Positions 37,727-49,924 of a DNA stretch of 64,000 bases are shown here, piece after piece. How positions within the stretch are numbered: the stretch's first letter is position 1; every line of letters starts with the position of its first letter. Under the pieces are notes generated by a model that was not told the origin of the DNA, did not search any database, and saw only the letters and a list, made by a program, of their open reading frames with translations. The DNA lies in NCBI GenBank assembly GCA_950097015.1, contig CATNEN010000012.1, forward strand, positions 1,488,001 to 1,552,000. The letters run 5' to 3'. Source of the DNA: Macrostomum hystrix. Taxonomy: Eukaryota > Animalia > Platyhelminthes. Both the position numbers and the translations under genes were made by a program.

Positions 37727-39321
37727 TCAGTGCATTCCACTAGATGGCATAGGAGCAGTGGAATAGTTGCAGAATTCTTGAAGCATATGATGGTGCTGCG
37801 GCTGGTGCTGACTATGACGATGCTGCAGCTCCAGCTGCGGCTGCTGATAGGCTGGTGTCGGCAGGGACGACGTTGAGCACCATTGGCAGTCGCAGCAGGC
37901 GCCTTCATCTATCGGGTTAACCGTCGCCATAGTCCAGTCGTGTGAGGCTGCATTTTAGAGAATGTGACGATGAAGACAGAAGTTTTAGCTAAGGCTGGTA
38001 ATTCATTTCACTGCTGCTACGTTCGGGTGCATCACAAATAATTGTCAGTTCTACTGTTAAGCAAGTATTGAAGGACTAGAACTATGTTAGTAGATTTCAC
38101 ACTAGCAAGCAACCTTACCAACAGTTTGGCTTGCGGAGCCACCCCAGCAGGTGCCATTGCAACAGCAGCAGTCGCACTGGTAGCCGCCACCTGCTGTTGG
38201 ATAAACTGTTGAATTTGGCGGAGCCGTTGGGTCTGGCATCATTGCGGCTGCTGCCGCACGAACCGGTTGTTTGAGTTGTTCAAGTTGACTTTGCTGCCGC
38301 TGAAGCGGCTGTGGTTGCAGTGGTGCAGTCATTGGAACAACTCCTTTGCTTGCCGCTGGCGCCGGTTTTCTGTGAGATGGTGGCGGTGGAGGTGGCGGCG
38401 GGGGCTGCGGCGGAGGTGGCTCGGGATGAACTCCGCAGACTCTGCGCAGCGAAGTCTCCACCCAGTGCCGATGCTCCTCCGGGTTTTCGCGCTTCATTTT
38501 TGACCTGACGATTTTTTATTTGTTGGTTAATATACGAGCTATATATTTCTCCCTGATTCATTTGCAGTCACGTCGAAGAGATCCTTAAGTGAGGAGTAAC
38601 AATGAAGCTGTTTTTGCTATAAATAGTCTATATGTTCGAGCTGTAGGGGTTGGTGGCTGAGAAATTAACGCGTTTGCCTCTCGCACCAAGGTCCCTGAGC
38701 TCGATTCCGCCGTGAGGCCGCGTTTGTTTGGGGCGCAGCCACAGGGAGAAGGCGACCCTCTTACGCCCTTGAGGGCCAACCTCCATGGCACAGTGACGTG
38801 TACACTGCCTGACGATGAGAAAGTCAGGACAGACGTACACACCTGTGCGAGCGTAAGCCTGCGTACGGTATTTGTGTGTGTGTGCTCAGGAGTCAGCGAC
38901 TCGCTGTCTCCTCGCTGGCTGCGGATCTAGTGTCACCAAATGATGTGCCCGCAGCCCTCCTGAGATTGAATCAAATGAACTCTTCTCTTAGCTGAGCAGC
39001 GCACCTGTAGTTCTGAAACCAGGTCTCAATGATCTTGCAGTCCAGAGTTAGCCGGAGCGCCAGATCCTGAACGACGGCCTGCGGTGGATATCGATTGCAA
39101 TTGAAGAATGCATCGCGCAGCACCCGCTTCTGCTGGTGACTGAAGGTTGTTCTCTTGCGCCGCTTCACTGCCGTAGCCGCCTGCTGCTGCTGCTGCAGGT
39201 GAAACGACGTGGTTGAGCTGCCCTCTTCTTCAACAGCTTGAGAACTGTTCGGCGACGATGGAATATGCGGCGCCACATCCATGAGGTAGTTGAATGTACC
39301 GCCACCAGCTGGCTGCTGCAT
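37727..39321 (-). CDS. Divergent homeobox transcription factor (Q50, 61-aa homeodomain), ~307 aa if started at ATG 39321
   Basis: Exons 39321-39005, 38504-38119 and 37947-37727 are GT-AG and phase-consistent. The spliced homeodomain reads KRRKRTTFSHQQKRVLRDAFFNCNRYPPQAVVQDLALRLTLDCKIIETWFQNYR|SKMKRE, followed by Pro/Gln-rich and Cys-rich segments. The start codon is uncertain. Confidence 0.82.
38646..38965 (+). mobile_element. tRNA-derived SINE family 2 copy in the homeobox intron
   Basis: Full head GGGGTTGGTGGCTGAG...GCTCGATTCC and a body matching the other copies; lies in intron 38505-39004. Confidence 0.9.
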
Positions 39322-40189
39322 CGCTGACGGTGCCACCACTGATCTGCGCGATTAAATTTTGCTGTAGTAGTAGATGAGCGGACAGCCGGCTCTGGTAATC
39401 CTTGTGAGAACCGGAGCTGGGAGAATTGTCGTGATTTATAGTGGCACCGAATCGTGGAGGGAGGGAGATGGGAAAGGGAAAATTGGCTAGGTATGCCAGC
39501 ACCGCAATTCACTTGTTGGTCTAAGTGTCCCGGTGTGTGCTACCGCTCAGTGTATGTCGTGACTAGCAACTTTTTTCTGAGTCAAATAAAGCGAGAGAGG
39601 AAAAGAAGTGACTTCTAAATGGACCGCCTTCCGGATTGTCGTGAAATCCCCGGTGGAGGAGCCTCGACGCAGATACGGAGCTGGCGCCGTAGAGGATTTG
39701 ATGAAGGTTAATCCTGGGCCTATGTGATCTCTGATCCATCTCTAGAAGGCTCTCTTTCTAGTTGCTCGATGGAGCTACTTTCGACTCGGCAATATTTACA
39801 CTTAAAATCCTGGCAGCCAGTTTCGGATAGAGGGGAAGTGGCGGGGGCTTTTGGGAATGTTGATTTGAGCTGTAGCTAGCAGGCACACAAAGACACGTGT
39901 GCCTGCTGGGTGGGGACTGAAAGCTATGCGATTCACTAGTCACTAACGCCGCCACTCCTGATCCTCCAATCTGATATTTTCGAGTCACCCATTTGGAAAT
40001 TGAGAGCCGCCCTTGTCGTCCTCAACTCTCACGCAATGGTTTACGATTGTATAAAAATGCCTTCTAATTGTCTATGTGATAGTCAAGTGTTATAATATGC
40101 TTGCAGCTGAAGATGAAAATTACTCGGCTTAAATTATCTCGTACAATGCAATTGGAGAAATTTTCAGTAGAACAGACTGTGAAAATTAA

Positions 40190-41776
40190 GACGCATCGCT
40201 GGGCCGCGTGCTACGCTGCCTGCAGACTGGCGCGCCCATCGGCGCCGAGCTGAGCGACTACGCCCGGCGGCAGACGGAGCTGTCGGTTGACCAAGGCTGC
40301 GTGCTGTGGGGCGCCAGAGTCGTAGTGCCAGCGGCGCTGCACGATCACGTGATCCAAGAGCTCCACCAGGCGCATCCAGGCACCAGCAGAACGCGTGCCC
40401 TAGCTCGCAGCTACGTCTGGTGGCCAGGAATCGACGGCGATTTGGAGGCTGCAACAAAGACCTGCAGGACCTGTCAGCTCAACCAACCCGACCCGCCAAA
40501 GGCGCCCGTGCAGCCGTGGCCGTTCCCGTCGGAGCTGTGGGAGCGCCTGCATGTCGACTTCGCCGGGCCTGTCGACGGTCACGTGTACCTGGTGGTGGTG
40601 GACGCCCACAGCAAGTGGCCGGAGGTCGTGCGGATGCGCGGCACCACAGCGGCAGCCACAATCGTGAGTCTGCGGGAAATCTTCGCCCGCCAAGGCATCC
40701 CGCGCACGCTGGTGTCCAACAACGGGCCGCAGTTCGCCTCCGCCGAGTTCGCCGAATTCACCCGAGCCAATGGCATTCGTCATGTGTTCTCGGCACCGTT
40801 CCATCCTGCCACGAATGGCCAAGCCGAGCGCTTCATCCAAGTTCTAAAGCGGCATCTGCTCAAGAGCGGTCATTCTGATGCCGAGCTCCAGCGACTGCTG
40901 CTCGGCTACCGCAACACGCCGCACAGATTCAGCGGCGTCGCTCCCAGCCAGCTGCTCATCGGCCGGCGGCTCCGATGCCGCCTGGATCTACTGGCACAGT
41001 CACTGGCCGAGGATGTGAGACAGCGACAGGAGCAGCTGCTACCGAGCAGGAAGGCGGCACGTGGGTTCCAAACCGGCGATCGTGTGCTCTTCCACAATTT
41101 CAGCGCCGGCGCGAGGGCCGGCGACACGCCGCGCTGGACGGAGGGCGTCATCAAGGGCGCTGGCAGCCGCAACTGCATCGTCGACTCGCAGAGCGGTCAG
41201 CACATGCGGCATGCGGATGCCGACGCTGACGGCTTCGACCTGGACCTCGCTGATGCCGGCCAGCCGCTGACTGATGGCGGCGGTGACACGACCCCGAGAG
41301 CTCGCGGCGCGCGTGCCACTCCTGATACTGTCGCCAGCGGCGCCACCGTCGGCGAGGCGGCACCCGAACCCGCCGACGGACCAGAGAGCAACGCGCGTCA
41401 GGATGCCGCGACTCCCTGGCGGTACCCTCTGAGAGCTCGTGGCCCACATGAGAGACTGCAGCTGTGATGGGGAAAACTGACTCAGAGGGGAGATGTGATG
41501 TCAATGGACTCTTGAATGCGTTCACTCTGCACTTTATTATCATTGCTTTGCTTTGCTACCATCATTTGTTTGCGTCTTCGATGTGGAAATCTTCTGAGCA
41601 GCCTAGATGGCATCTGCTGGTCGCTTCCTGCTTCCTGCAAAAGTCAAATGTCGTCAGGTGGCAGGTGAAGCTATACCTGAGTATACAAATCAGGTGCGTT
41701 CCTTGAGTCAGCAGGCACTTCGAAAGCCGACGAAGATGCACGACATGCTGCAGCAGAGCTCAACAACAACAACATT
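40190..41776 (+). mobile_element. Ty3/Gypsy LTR retrotransposon remnant: integrase, PPT and probable 3' LTR
   Basis: ORF 40208-41467 has HHCC (LHQAHPG...CRTCQ) and core HVDFAGP...SNNGPQF...NGQAERF. PPT AGAGGGGAGA at 41484-41493 is followed by TG at 41494. The LTR end near ACAACA at about 41776 is approximate. No gag, RT or 5' LTR. Confidence 0.9.
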
Positions 41777-42834
41777 CTCGCTGAAAGAAAAGGTGCTTCT
41801 CCTCTCAAGGGTTGAGTGAAATCGAAAGTTGTACAGGTGACCCGTCGGCGCCTCACACACACAATGAAAATTTGTGCCGTTTACTTTGCTCGCTTTCTTG
41901 GAATGTATATTATTTGAAGCGTTTTTGGCTTCCCTTGGATCCCTGCCCAGGCTCTTTCGGAAATCCTGGATTCAGCCCTGACTTCCCTAGAAACGTGTTT
42001 CCAGCGCATCTTGACCAGCAACTACAGCACTCAAATAAATTTATCTTGCATCTTTTTATCTACCACATCTGGGACATCTAGCTCATCGAATTCGTCGTCT
42101 AAGACGAAGGCTACTTCTTCATCGGGGATATCATTACGTCAGAAATCGATTAATTGTTTCTTCCAGTCAAATTGCTTCAAAAGCAAATGATGCTCTTGTT
42201 GGACTTGTTTAGACTTAGTAATGGCTTGACTTAAGAATGAGATCAAAATTACAGTCTATGCATGCAGGTGCTACTCTCATTACATGTATCTATGTTAGTT
42301 TTTGAATGCCTCGCTTTCTGCTTTTTCTTATGTAGAGATGTAGCATATTTATAATTTCTAGCCGACTAGCTGGAACCTGTGTTCGCTTATAGCCAAGTCG
42401 TTACACTCCAAAATATCAGTCTTCCGATCGCGGGAATGGAGATGAACGAAATAAAGTATATCTAAGCTCGGAAGAAGTTCTAGGGCGCTTCCATTACTTA
42501 TTGCATTTGTAACATTTGTATTTACTAGTTTGAATGCTTGTGGCACCCCAGGCTAGCTAAATGTGACGACCAGAAATCGAGATCGATTTTATATATGGAG
42601 CCATATAAATCTGATTGCATGTTTTTCTGCGAATGATAAAAAATAATCGCGCTGTCGTTAGCTGGGGCTCACATGTCAGTAGATCAAGGACACTGTAATA
42701 ACTGTGTAGTCGTATAGTAGTGATACTAGAAAATTAACAACTACCTAGTTGTCCATGAGCAAACTTTTGAAGTGTTCCTTTCAATGGACACGAGAAATTG
42801 ATCCAACTGACTCGACAAAATCCATCTGGCCTGA

Positions 42835-42935
42835 AGACTTCTATCCGCGGTTGCGCCCCAAGAATGTAGCCTCGCTGCGGATTCGAGCTCATGGAGCTAG
42901 TGCGAGAGGCGTTTTGAACGCAATGCCATGCATTT
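42835..42935 (-). mobile_element. Degenerate 5' fragment of SINE family 2
   Basis: Reverse complement GCCTCTCGCACTAGCTCCATGAGCTCGAATCCGCAGCGAGGC...TTGGGGCGCAACCGCGGATAGAAG aligns by eye with the family 2 head. Confidence 0.65.
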
Positions 42936-45029
42936 ACAGCCTATCGCGGTTCCCAACAATTTATTTTTGGGGTCCAAGTTGTCTTGGCGACTGCATGCAA
43001 CTACAAAGTTTTACCTAGATTTTAAACTTCGTCTTTGAGCCATTACGGGTGGTGTTCATTCCGACTCAACGTTAATTCTGTGGCTCTTGTGACGTCGTGA
43101 AGTCATATTTTTTTGTTGTTGTTGTCGTTGATAAAGTTGCAAGTCTGTGTACTATGACATTGAGGTTAATTTTTGTATCAGTTAGGTCAGTAAAGTTATC
43201 TGCTAATTTATTTATCTGCAGTACTTGAGAATTTGCACTTTAAATTTGTTTTACATTGCACAAATTTTGAAGACTTTTAAAAAGAGCGAAGCAATCGCGA
43301 ACCCTTAAAGCGCTGGCGCTGGCAGTGCATCTCAGACTTTATAGTAACCAACGGCCGCGCACTGTCTACTAATCTCAATAATTAATAATTTAATATCGAA
43401 GCTAAAAAAAAATAAAATACCGCTACACGTTCGCCATTGCTTATCGTCACATAAGTTGTCGCACTGTCTAATAATTTGTCAATCTAATAATCTAACGTAA
43501 ATTGAAGAACAAATATACCGCTACACGTTCGCCATTGCTTATCGTCACACTCTAGTACGTGTGCAAAATATTTTTGTGATTTCAATAAGTATTAGCACTT
43601 CAACAACATTATCGCCTGCAGCTGGTCTGAAAGTTCATGTGTTTCAAACGATATCGAAGAAATAATTAAGCTCAAAGCTATTTGAGTGCTGACGATAGTT
43701 GGTCTTTTTGGATGCCCTTCGGTGACCTAAAAATGTGTTAAGAAAACACCGTTGCGGTCGTCGCCTTGCTTTTTTAAGACAGTAAAACAAAGCAGATATT
43801 TATTTTAATATTTGAGTACAATTCTGAATTGCTTCAAAGAGGAGATTGAACAAATATTTATATAAATATTTTTAAGTTATTTTGACTAAATTACATGCGC
43901 AACTATTCCATAATCGATATATCGTCGCGGTATTTTGAAATTTATTTACCGATTGAATCGGGGCCACAACGATCAGCAGTCCGGCCATGTCCTTGTTTTA
44001 CTCGAAGCAGTTATATTAATTTCTAAACAAAGTTATTCGCAGCAAAAAAGAAACTAAACTGGTGGTAAATTATCGACAGAAAACTTTTTGGAAGCACTTT
44101 ATTTTCTCTTTTACCACTTAGCACAGTTTTGTGATTCCTCAACTAACATAAGTATATTTATTATTATGGTAATATTATAACTTAATATAAATATTAAGGA
44201 ATGAAAGAAATTCGAATAGAATATAGATCCTCACATCTTTATACAAATATAGTTTCTAGGCATTTTGTAATATGCATTTTTGTTTAAATTTTCGCAGTAG
44301 CTGCATCTTAAAAGCTCAAATACAGACTAAGCTTGTGATTTTTCTCAAGTTGGTGTGTATTTTATTAGTAGCCCATTAGTGAACAATCTTTTTTTGCTAG
44401 ATCTTTAACTAAAGCAACAAATTTGTTTTAAATAGTACAGTAAAAGTTCAAGCTTGCCTACAAAAATGTATATTTTCGTTTCAATTTTTCGAGTACGACA
44501 CTATATATTTCTATTACATGTACACTTTTCGTCCAAGAATTTTGTTGCAACATAGTTCGTGGCATTTAGCAAACTTTAATATAGTTCTTTATTTTTTTTT
44601 GATAATTGAAATCCCCTTTTCATACTATAAATACTATAATTTATGGATATTTTTAATGTAGCAAACTATTCAATATTTCTGTGAATACCAGTCTTTTTGC
44701 ACTTGGATTATGAACTGCTGGTTTCTTTCCAGATGTAAGATTAATTTTTTTTTGCATTTTCTTAGGTAACTTATGTTTCTACTATACAGACAAAAATATT
44801 TTAGTTAGAAATATTTTACGACGAAAATTTATTTTATCATGGAAATCAAACGACCATTATTTAAGTAATTAATTTTTTAATTTATATCTCTACAAATCTC
44901 TACAAAACAATTACCATTGAAGTTTTTACAATGGTTAATCGTAAAAATTAGGCATTTGGTCCACCAAACCCAAAAATGTCTCCCAATACACAAAATGGAC
45001 ATAGCGCTGCCATGCCAACTTGGTTTGAA

Positions 45030-48000
45030 TTTAGTTTGTGAAGCGCCGCTTGCAGCTCTCCGATCACATTTTCATTTCTATCACTCCCTGTTTTCGGTCG
45101 CTGCTTGCTCGCCTGCATTCTTTAGTGCCCTCACTCTAGTTCTTTTTTCTGCTCTCTTGCACCCCCTCCTTGCTCTCCGCTTTGCTTTTTTCCTTCGGCA
45201 GAAAAAGAGTGGCTGCTTCTGGGCGATGTGTTTTTTTCTTTCTCTTACTTCGCCTAACCAGGCCTGAGCCCCATCAACTCCGCCCCATCGACTCGCGGTC
45301 GCCTGGTAATGAGTTAACCGAAGTGCAAAGTCCCTCCTGAGCATACACACACGCGGGCACACAAACACACATCCGCTTCAGCCTCTCCCTGGGCGATGGG
45401 CCGCCTCCATTTTTGGCTTGAAGTGCACCGGAGACTCCTGCCGTCTACCAAACCGCTCCTTCGACTCCTTCTCCCTCCCCTCTCCTGCTCCCCATCCTTT
45501 TTAGCCAAGGAAATTCTCCCCTCCCCTTATCCCCTTCTTGGAGCTCGCAGCGGTCATTTGGGGGCTTGCAGTCGGAGCGGTGAATTCTTATTGGGAAGGG
45601 TTAGAGAGCGGACTGGGAGATGTAAAAGCTGGGGAAATGAAATCTGTGTGGCTGCTGCCAGCTCTCGGTTGTCCCGAACAGTTTTTACTCAGTTTGCTTG
45701 TTTGCAGTTTTTTAGCACGCCTCGCCCTTAATTTCATTCCTTTAGAGAGGGAAATTTTCCTTTTCCGCATTATTATTATCCCTGCGGCTAGCCGACTGTG
45801 TGTGTGTGTGCTTGTTGTGTGCCAGGGCAACTTGTTTGTCTGAGGATTGCAACCGCTAGAGACAAAATCGGTCTCAGCATTTGCTAAGAAGTGTAATGTC
45901 ATTTTGCGCCGTGCTTAGTGAGGTATTAGCCGAAATCAACCTTTAAAGGATTCGTGCCCACATTCTCCCTCCCCGCTCTGAGAACTCACTGCTCACTGCT
46001 CTACTGACGGCACTGGGGCTCAACTCTTTTTTGTTTAAATCCCTTCCACTCATCTCTAGGGGGCCGTCTCGCCAGTTGTGTCAGTCACAGCGCTCGAGTC
46101 AGGGCCAGCCAGTCCCACCCACATGGCCTGAAAGTCTATCGACACCCGGGGTCTGGACTCCCTCTCTCTCTTGAAGTTGCTTCTCTTACCCTTTAGCTGC
46201 TGATCCGCCCCCCCCCTTGTTCCGTGGAATCCCCGCGGAAAGGGAAGACAGAGAGCTTACTGACTGGCGAAGGAATCTGTCAATGACTCCTGCTGCTCTG
46301 GTGGGCCAAACTGGTCTTTCTTGGCCAGTGTTGCACTTTGTGTCCACACATTTTTGTTCAGCCCATCCGAGGAACGGAATCGTCCCCTATCACTGTCGGC
46401 CGCATCAATTTCCTAAGAAAACCAGTTGACCAGTCTCCTGTCAACACAGCCCATTCCAAAGCTAGGCGAGTGTGTTTCTGCTACCCCCTGGCCTCATGTC
46501 AACGCGAACATAACTAACGATATTATTTTCGTTGCAGTTTTTTTGCCTTTCCTGAGAATTTCTCCGCGTACGGGACCTCGACCTCGCCGTGGGAGAGTGG
46601 CGTGCGTGGTTTTGCTTGGGATAAGGGAGATGGGGTAGCGAGAGAGCGCCCAGGAGTGACTCTGCAGTGGTGGCTGCGTGTGCGCGTGGAGGCCCATCAC
46701 AGCCCTGGGCATTCTAAGCCGGGCTGCGGGAATGAGCAAGCAGCGAGAGAGAAGAGAGAGAGCGCCTGCTTAGAAGTGAAGTCTCGGCTATTGGGACTTT
46801 GGGCCGGGGACGGAGACTGGAATGAGAGCTGCGGGGATAAGAGGATTGGGAAAAGACTCGCCCGTCAGTCGCAGCCATCGGCCACCAAAATTTGCCCCAA
46901 ATGCCTCCTCCTGCCCCCTCAACCCACCACCCCCGGCGGGTCCTGCTGCTGCTGCTGCTTCAATTGCGCCGGTGCAAGGGTGGTGTGTTTGGATACAGCC
47001 GCTGGGCGGAATGGGCGGAATGGGGATCAGCACAATTTGGGTGGGGAACGGCCAAAAGTAGGTCTACCTCTCCTATCTATCCTCCTCTGTGCTATTTTCC
47101 TCTGTCTCTCTCTCCTGTTCTTTCTTGTCCGCTCTCCCCCTAGATAGGCGTACATTTGTCCCAGAGCTAGGCCAGGCCTGGCTAGGAGGGAGGCGGGGAG
47201 TGGGATTAAGCCGGTTGGGAGCGCAGCCCTGAATAGGCAGGCCTGCTGCTGGCTGCATGGCGGCTACGTTATAGCAAGCGACGCACCAGTTCCTGACGGG
47301 GGAGAGGCGGGTGAGACTAGTGGAGGAAAAGGGAACAAAACTCCACGCTCTCTCTCTCCCAGGCTAAAAATCCTCCGGCCCATTGCTAAAAAAATCCTTG
47401 GGGAGAAGTAAAGAAGGATAGAATAGAACCGACCTCCTATTCTAGATCTGCCCTCCCTTTCTCTCTCTATCCTCCTCGCATTTTCTATTCCTAGCCGGCG
47501 GTGCCCAGATCCCGGTTGTCCCAATTCCTCATAGCCGATATAGAATAGAGCCAGTCGTAAGAGCGGGAGCGAGAAGACACGCCAGCAGTGCACGGTACGC
47601 ACAAACGCGGAAGAGCACAAGCGTTCTGCACCGCAGAAACACTCACACACTCGAATGCAGGCGCGGATCTGTGAAGGCAGCTGTCTTGCATTCCAATCTC
47701 TTAACCCGCTGCTTCCATCTCCTATATACTGACTGTATAGTTGCACCGAAAAAAGAGAGGCACGGACAGACGCATGCCGGATTGGGATTTTTTTGCGGTG
47801 GGGAATGCTTTAGGAGAAAAGGAGCCTTTTTGGTTAATACCGTTTTACTCCACTCTGTGTGTGTGTGTGTGTTTAGGCATGCCTACTGCAAATTCGCCAC
47901 AGACACTCCTCTGTATACTCGTACATTTGGTCCTGCATTATTTCACTGCTGCTCTGAATTCAATGTGCAATCCTCATTTATCCCGCAAGTGCTGGGGAAA
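45030..48000 (+). promoter_or_regulatory. Probable promoter / 5' UTR exon region of the PMCA gene
   Basis: Abrupt switch from AT-rich intergenic DNA to GC-richer sequence with long CT/GA tracts and donor-like sites upstream of the first coding exon. No credible ORF. Inference only. Confidence 0.4.
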
Positions 48001-48664
48001 ACGCCCCCAGGTTTAATTAAAGTATCATTCAAAATTGCCTGTCCGAGCTCTATGGTCTGATCCGAATCTGCTCAAGCGTGTCCGAAGGATAATCTCAATC
48101 GTGAGCAGTTCTCATGGGCCGCCGATAAAATGTCCGAATTATATAGGCAAACCGAGCCACTTTTTGTGGCTGCCTTGAGTTTGACGGCCTCAAAATTCAC
48201 TCAATGTAAGCTCTGGCTGCCCAATCTCTCCCATTTCCTGCTTTCCTGTAATTAATTGCTGAATAATGAAAGCATTGGCCGAGCCAGCCAGCTAAATAGT
48301 TTGGCAGGAAGAACGCAAAATGGATACTGACCCCACACCTGCTTGGCCGATCCTTCTGAATGACTGATTGAATGAATCGGCGGACCCAACCAACCTACCT
48401 GCCCCCTCTCCTCAGGCTCATGCGGTCCGAATGCCTGGAAGGCTATCGTCTGCGCAAAGTTAATTTTCTCAATTATTTGTTTGTCCTTATAATTAGGCTA
48501 TTGATTTTTTTACCCAATTATCTAGTACTGACTCCACTGCTGCTCGTTACCTTTGTCCGAAATTTCCCATATCTCTTCCTTTGGCTATCCCATCTGTCCT
48601 TTTTTCGTGCCTTTCTGCCCTGCCTTTCTCTGGAAGCCTTTCCTGTCACCCTAACCCTAACCCT

Positions 48665-49427
48665 CTTTCCGATCAGTCTTTCCCATCAGCCTTTCCCATC
48701 AGCCTTTCCCATCAGCCTTTCCCATCAGCCTTTCCCATCAGCCTTTCCCATCAGCCTTTCCCATCAGCCTTTCCCATCAGCCTTTCCCATCAGCCTTTCC
48801 CATCAGCCTTTCCCATCAGCCTTTCCCATCAGCCTTTCCTATTAGCCTTTCCCATCAGCCTTTCCCATCAGCCTTTCCCATTAGCCTTTCCCATCAGCCT
48901 TTCCTATTAGCCTTTCCCATCAGCCTTTCCCATCAGCCTTTCCCATTAGCCTTTCCCATCAGCCTTTCCCATCAGCCTTTCCTATTAGCCTTTCCCATCA
49001 GCCTTTCCCATCAGCCTTTCCCATCAGCCTTTCCCATCAGCCTTTCCCATCAGCCTTTCCCATCTGCATTTCCTATTAGCCTTTCCCATCAGCCTTTCCT
49101 ATTAGCCTTTCCCATCAGCCTTTCCCATCAGCCTTTCCCATTAGCCTTTCCCATCAGCCTTTCCCATCAGCCTTTCCTATTAGCCTTTCCCATCAGCATT
49201 TCCTATTAGCCTTTCCCATCAGCCTTTCCCATCAGCCTTTCCCATTAGCCTTTCCCATCAGCCTTTCCCATCAGCCTTTCCCATCAGCCTTTCTAATCAG
49301 CCTTTCCCATCAGCCTTTCCCATCAGCCTTTCCTATTAGCCTTTCCCATCAGCCTTTCCCATCAGCCTTTCCCATTAGCCTTTCCCATCAGCCTTTCCCA
49401 TCAGCCTTTCCTATTAGCCTTTCCCAT
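48665..49427. repeat. 13-bp minisatellite (AGCCTTTCCCATC)n
   Basis: More than 50 near-perfect units with a CCTATT variant. Confidence 0.97.
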
Positions 49428-49924
49428 CCTTGCATTCATGCAGCTCCTTATCAAATTATGTCTATCCTTTCCTACAGCAATTCTGTTAAGTTTCCAGAAC
49501 ATTTATCCCATTCGTAGGTTTCCCTCATTGTTAGTTTTCGCTCCGGGCCAGTTTCATTCTTTCCAAGCTTGCCACATCGCCCAAGCCATCCTGGGGAACG
49601 ATCCGGATAAGCCGGAAGTCGGTGCCGCACGCCCCTATCAGTCTGTGCATGACCCTAAAGCTCTGGCGCAAAACATCTGATTCCAGCTGGCCAGACTACT
49701 TGCTAACCGGACAGACGCCGGGCGCGCCCAACCACTTTTTATTTTCCAATAATTGTCGGACAGGGGGCTGTGCAAGCCGCCGTTCAAATATCATCGGTTC
49801 CAGCTGGACCGGTTCTTTCTCAGCAAGTGAGTCCAAGCGTTTGGGAGCCTAGTGAAGTGCAGCCAGTGTGACAGTAGCAGCAGCGGCAGCAGCAGAAGCA
49901 GCAGTAGCAGGTGCGGCTGAACAA

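Noticed and set aside
41990-42240. Possible decayed coding sequence on the minus strand (FDWKKQLIDF*RNDIPDEEVAFVLDDEF...)
   Set aside because: It contains stops and I cannot recognise a family; a tBLASTx search would be needed.
43417-43549. CRISPR-like repeat-spacer-repeat appearance of the 35-bp direct repeat
   Set aside because: Only two copies, no cas genes, and a spliceosomal-intron eukaryotic context.
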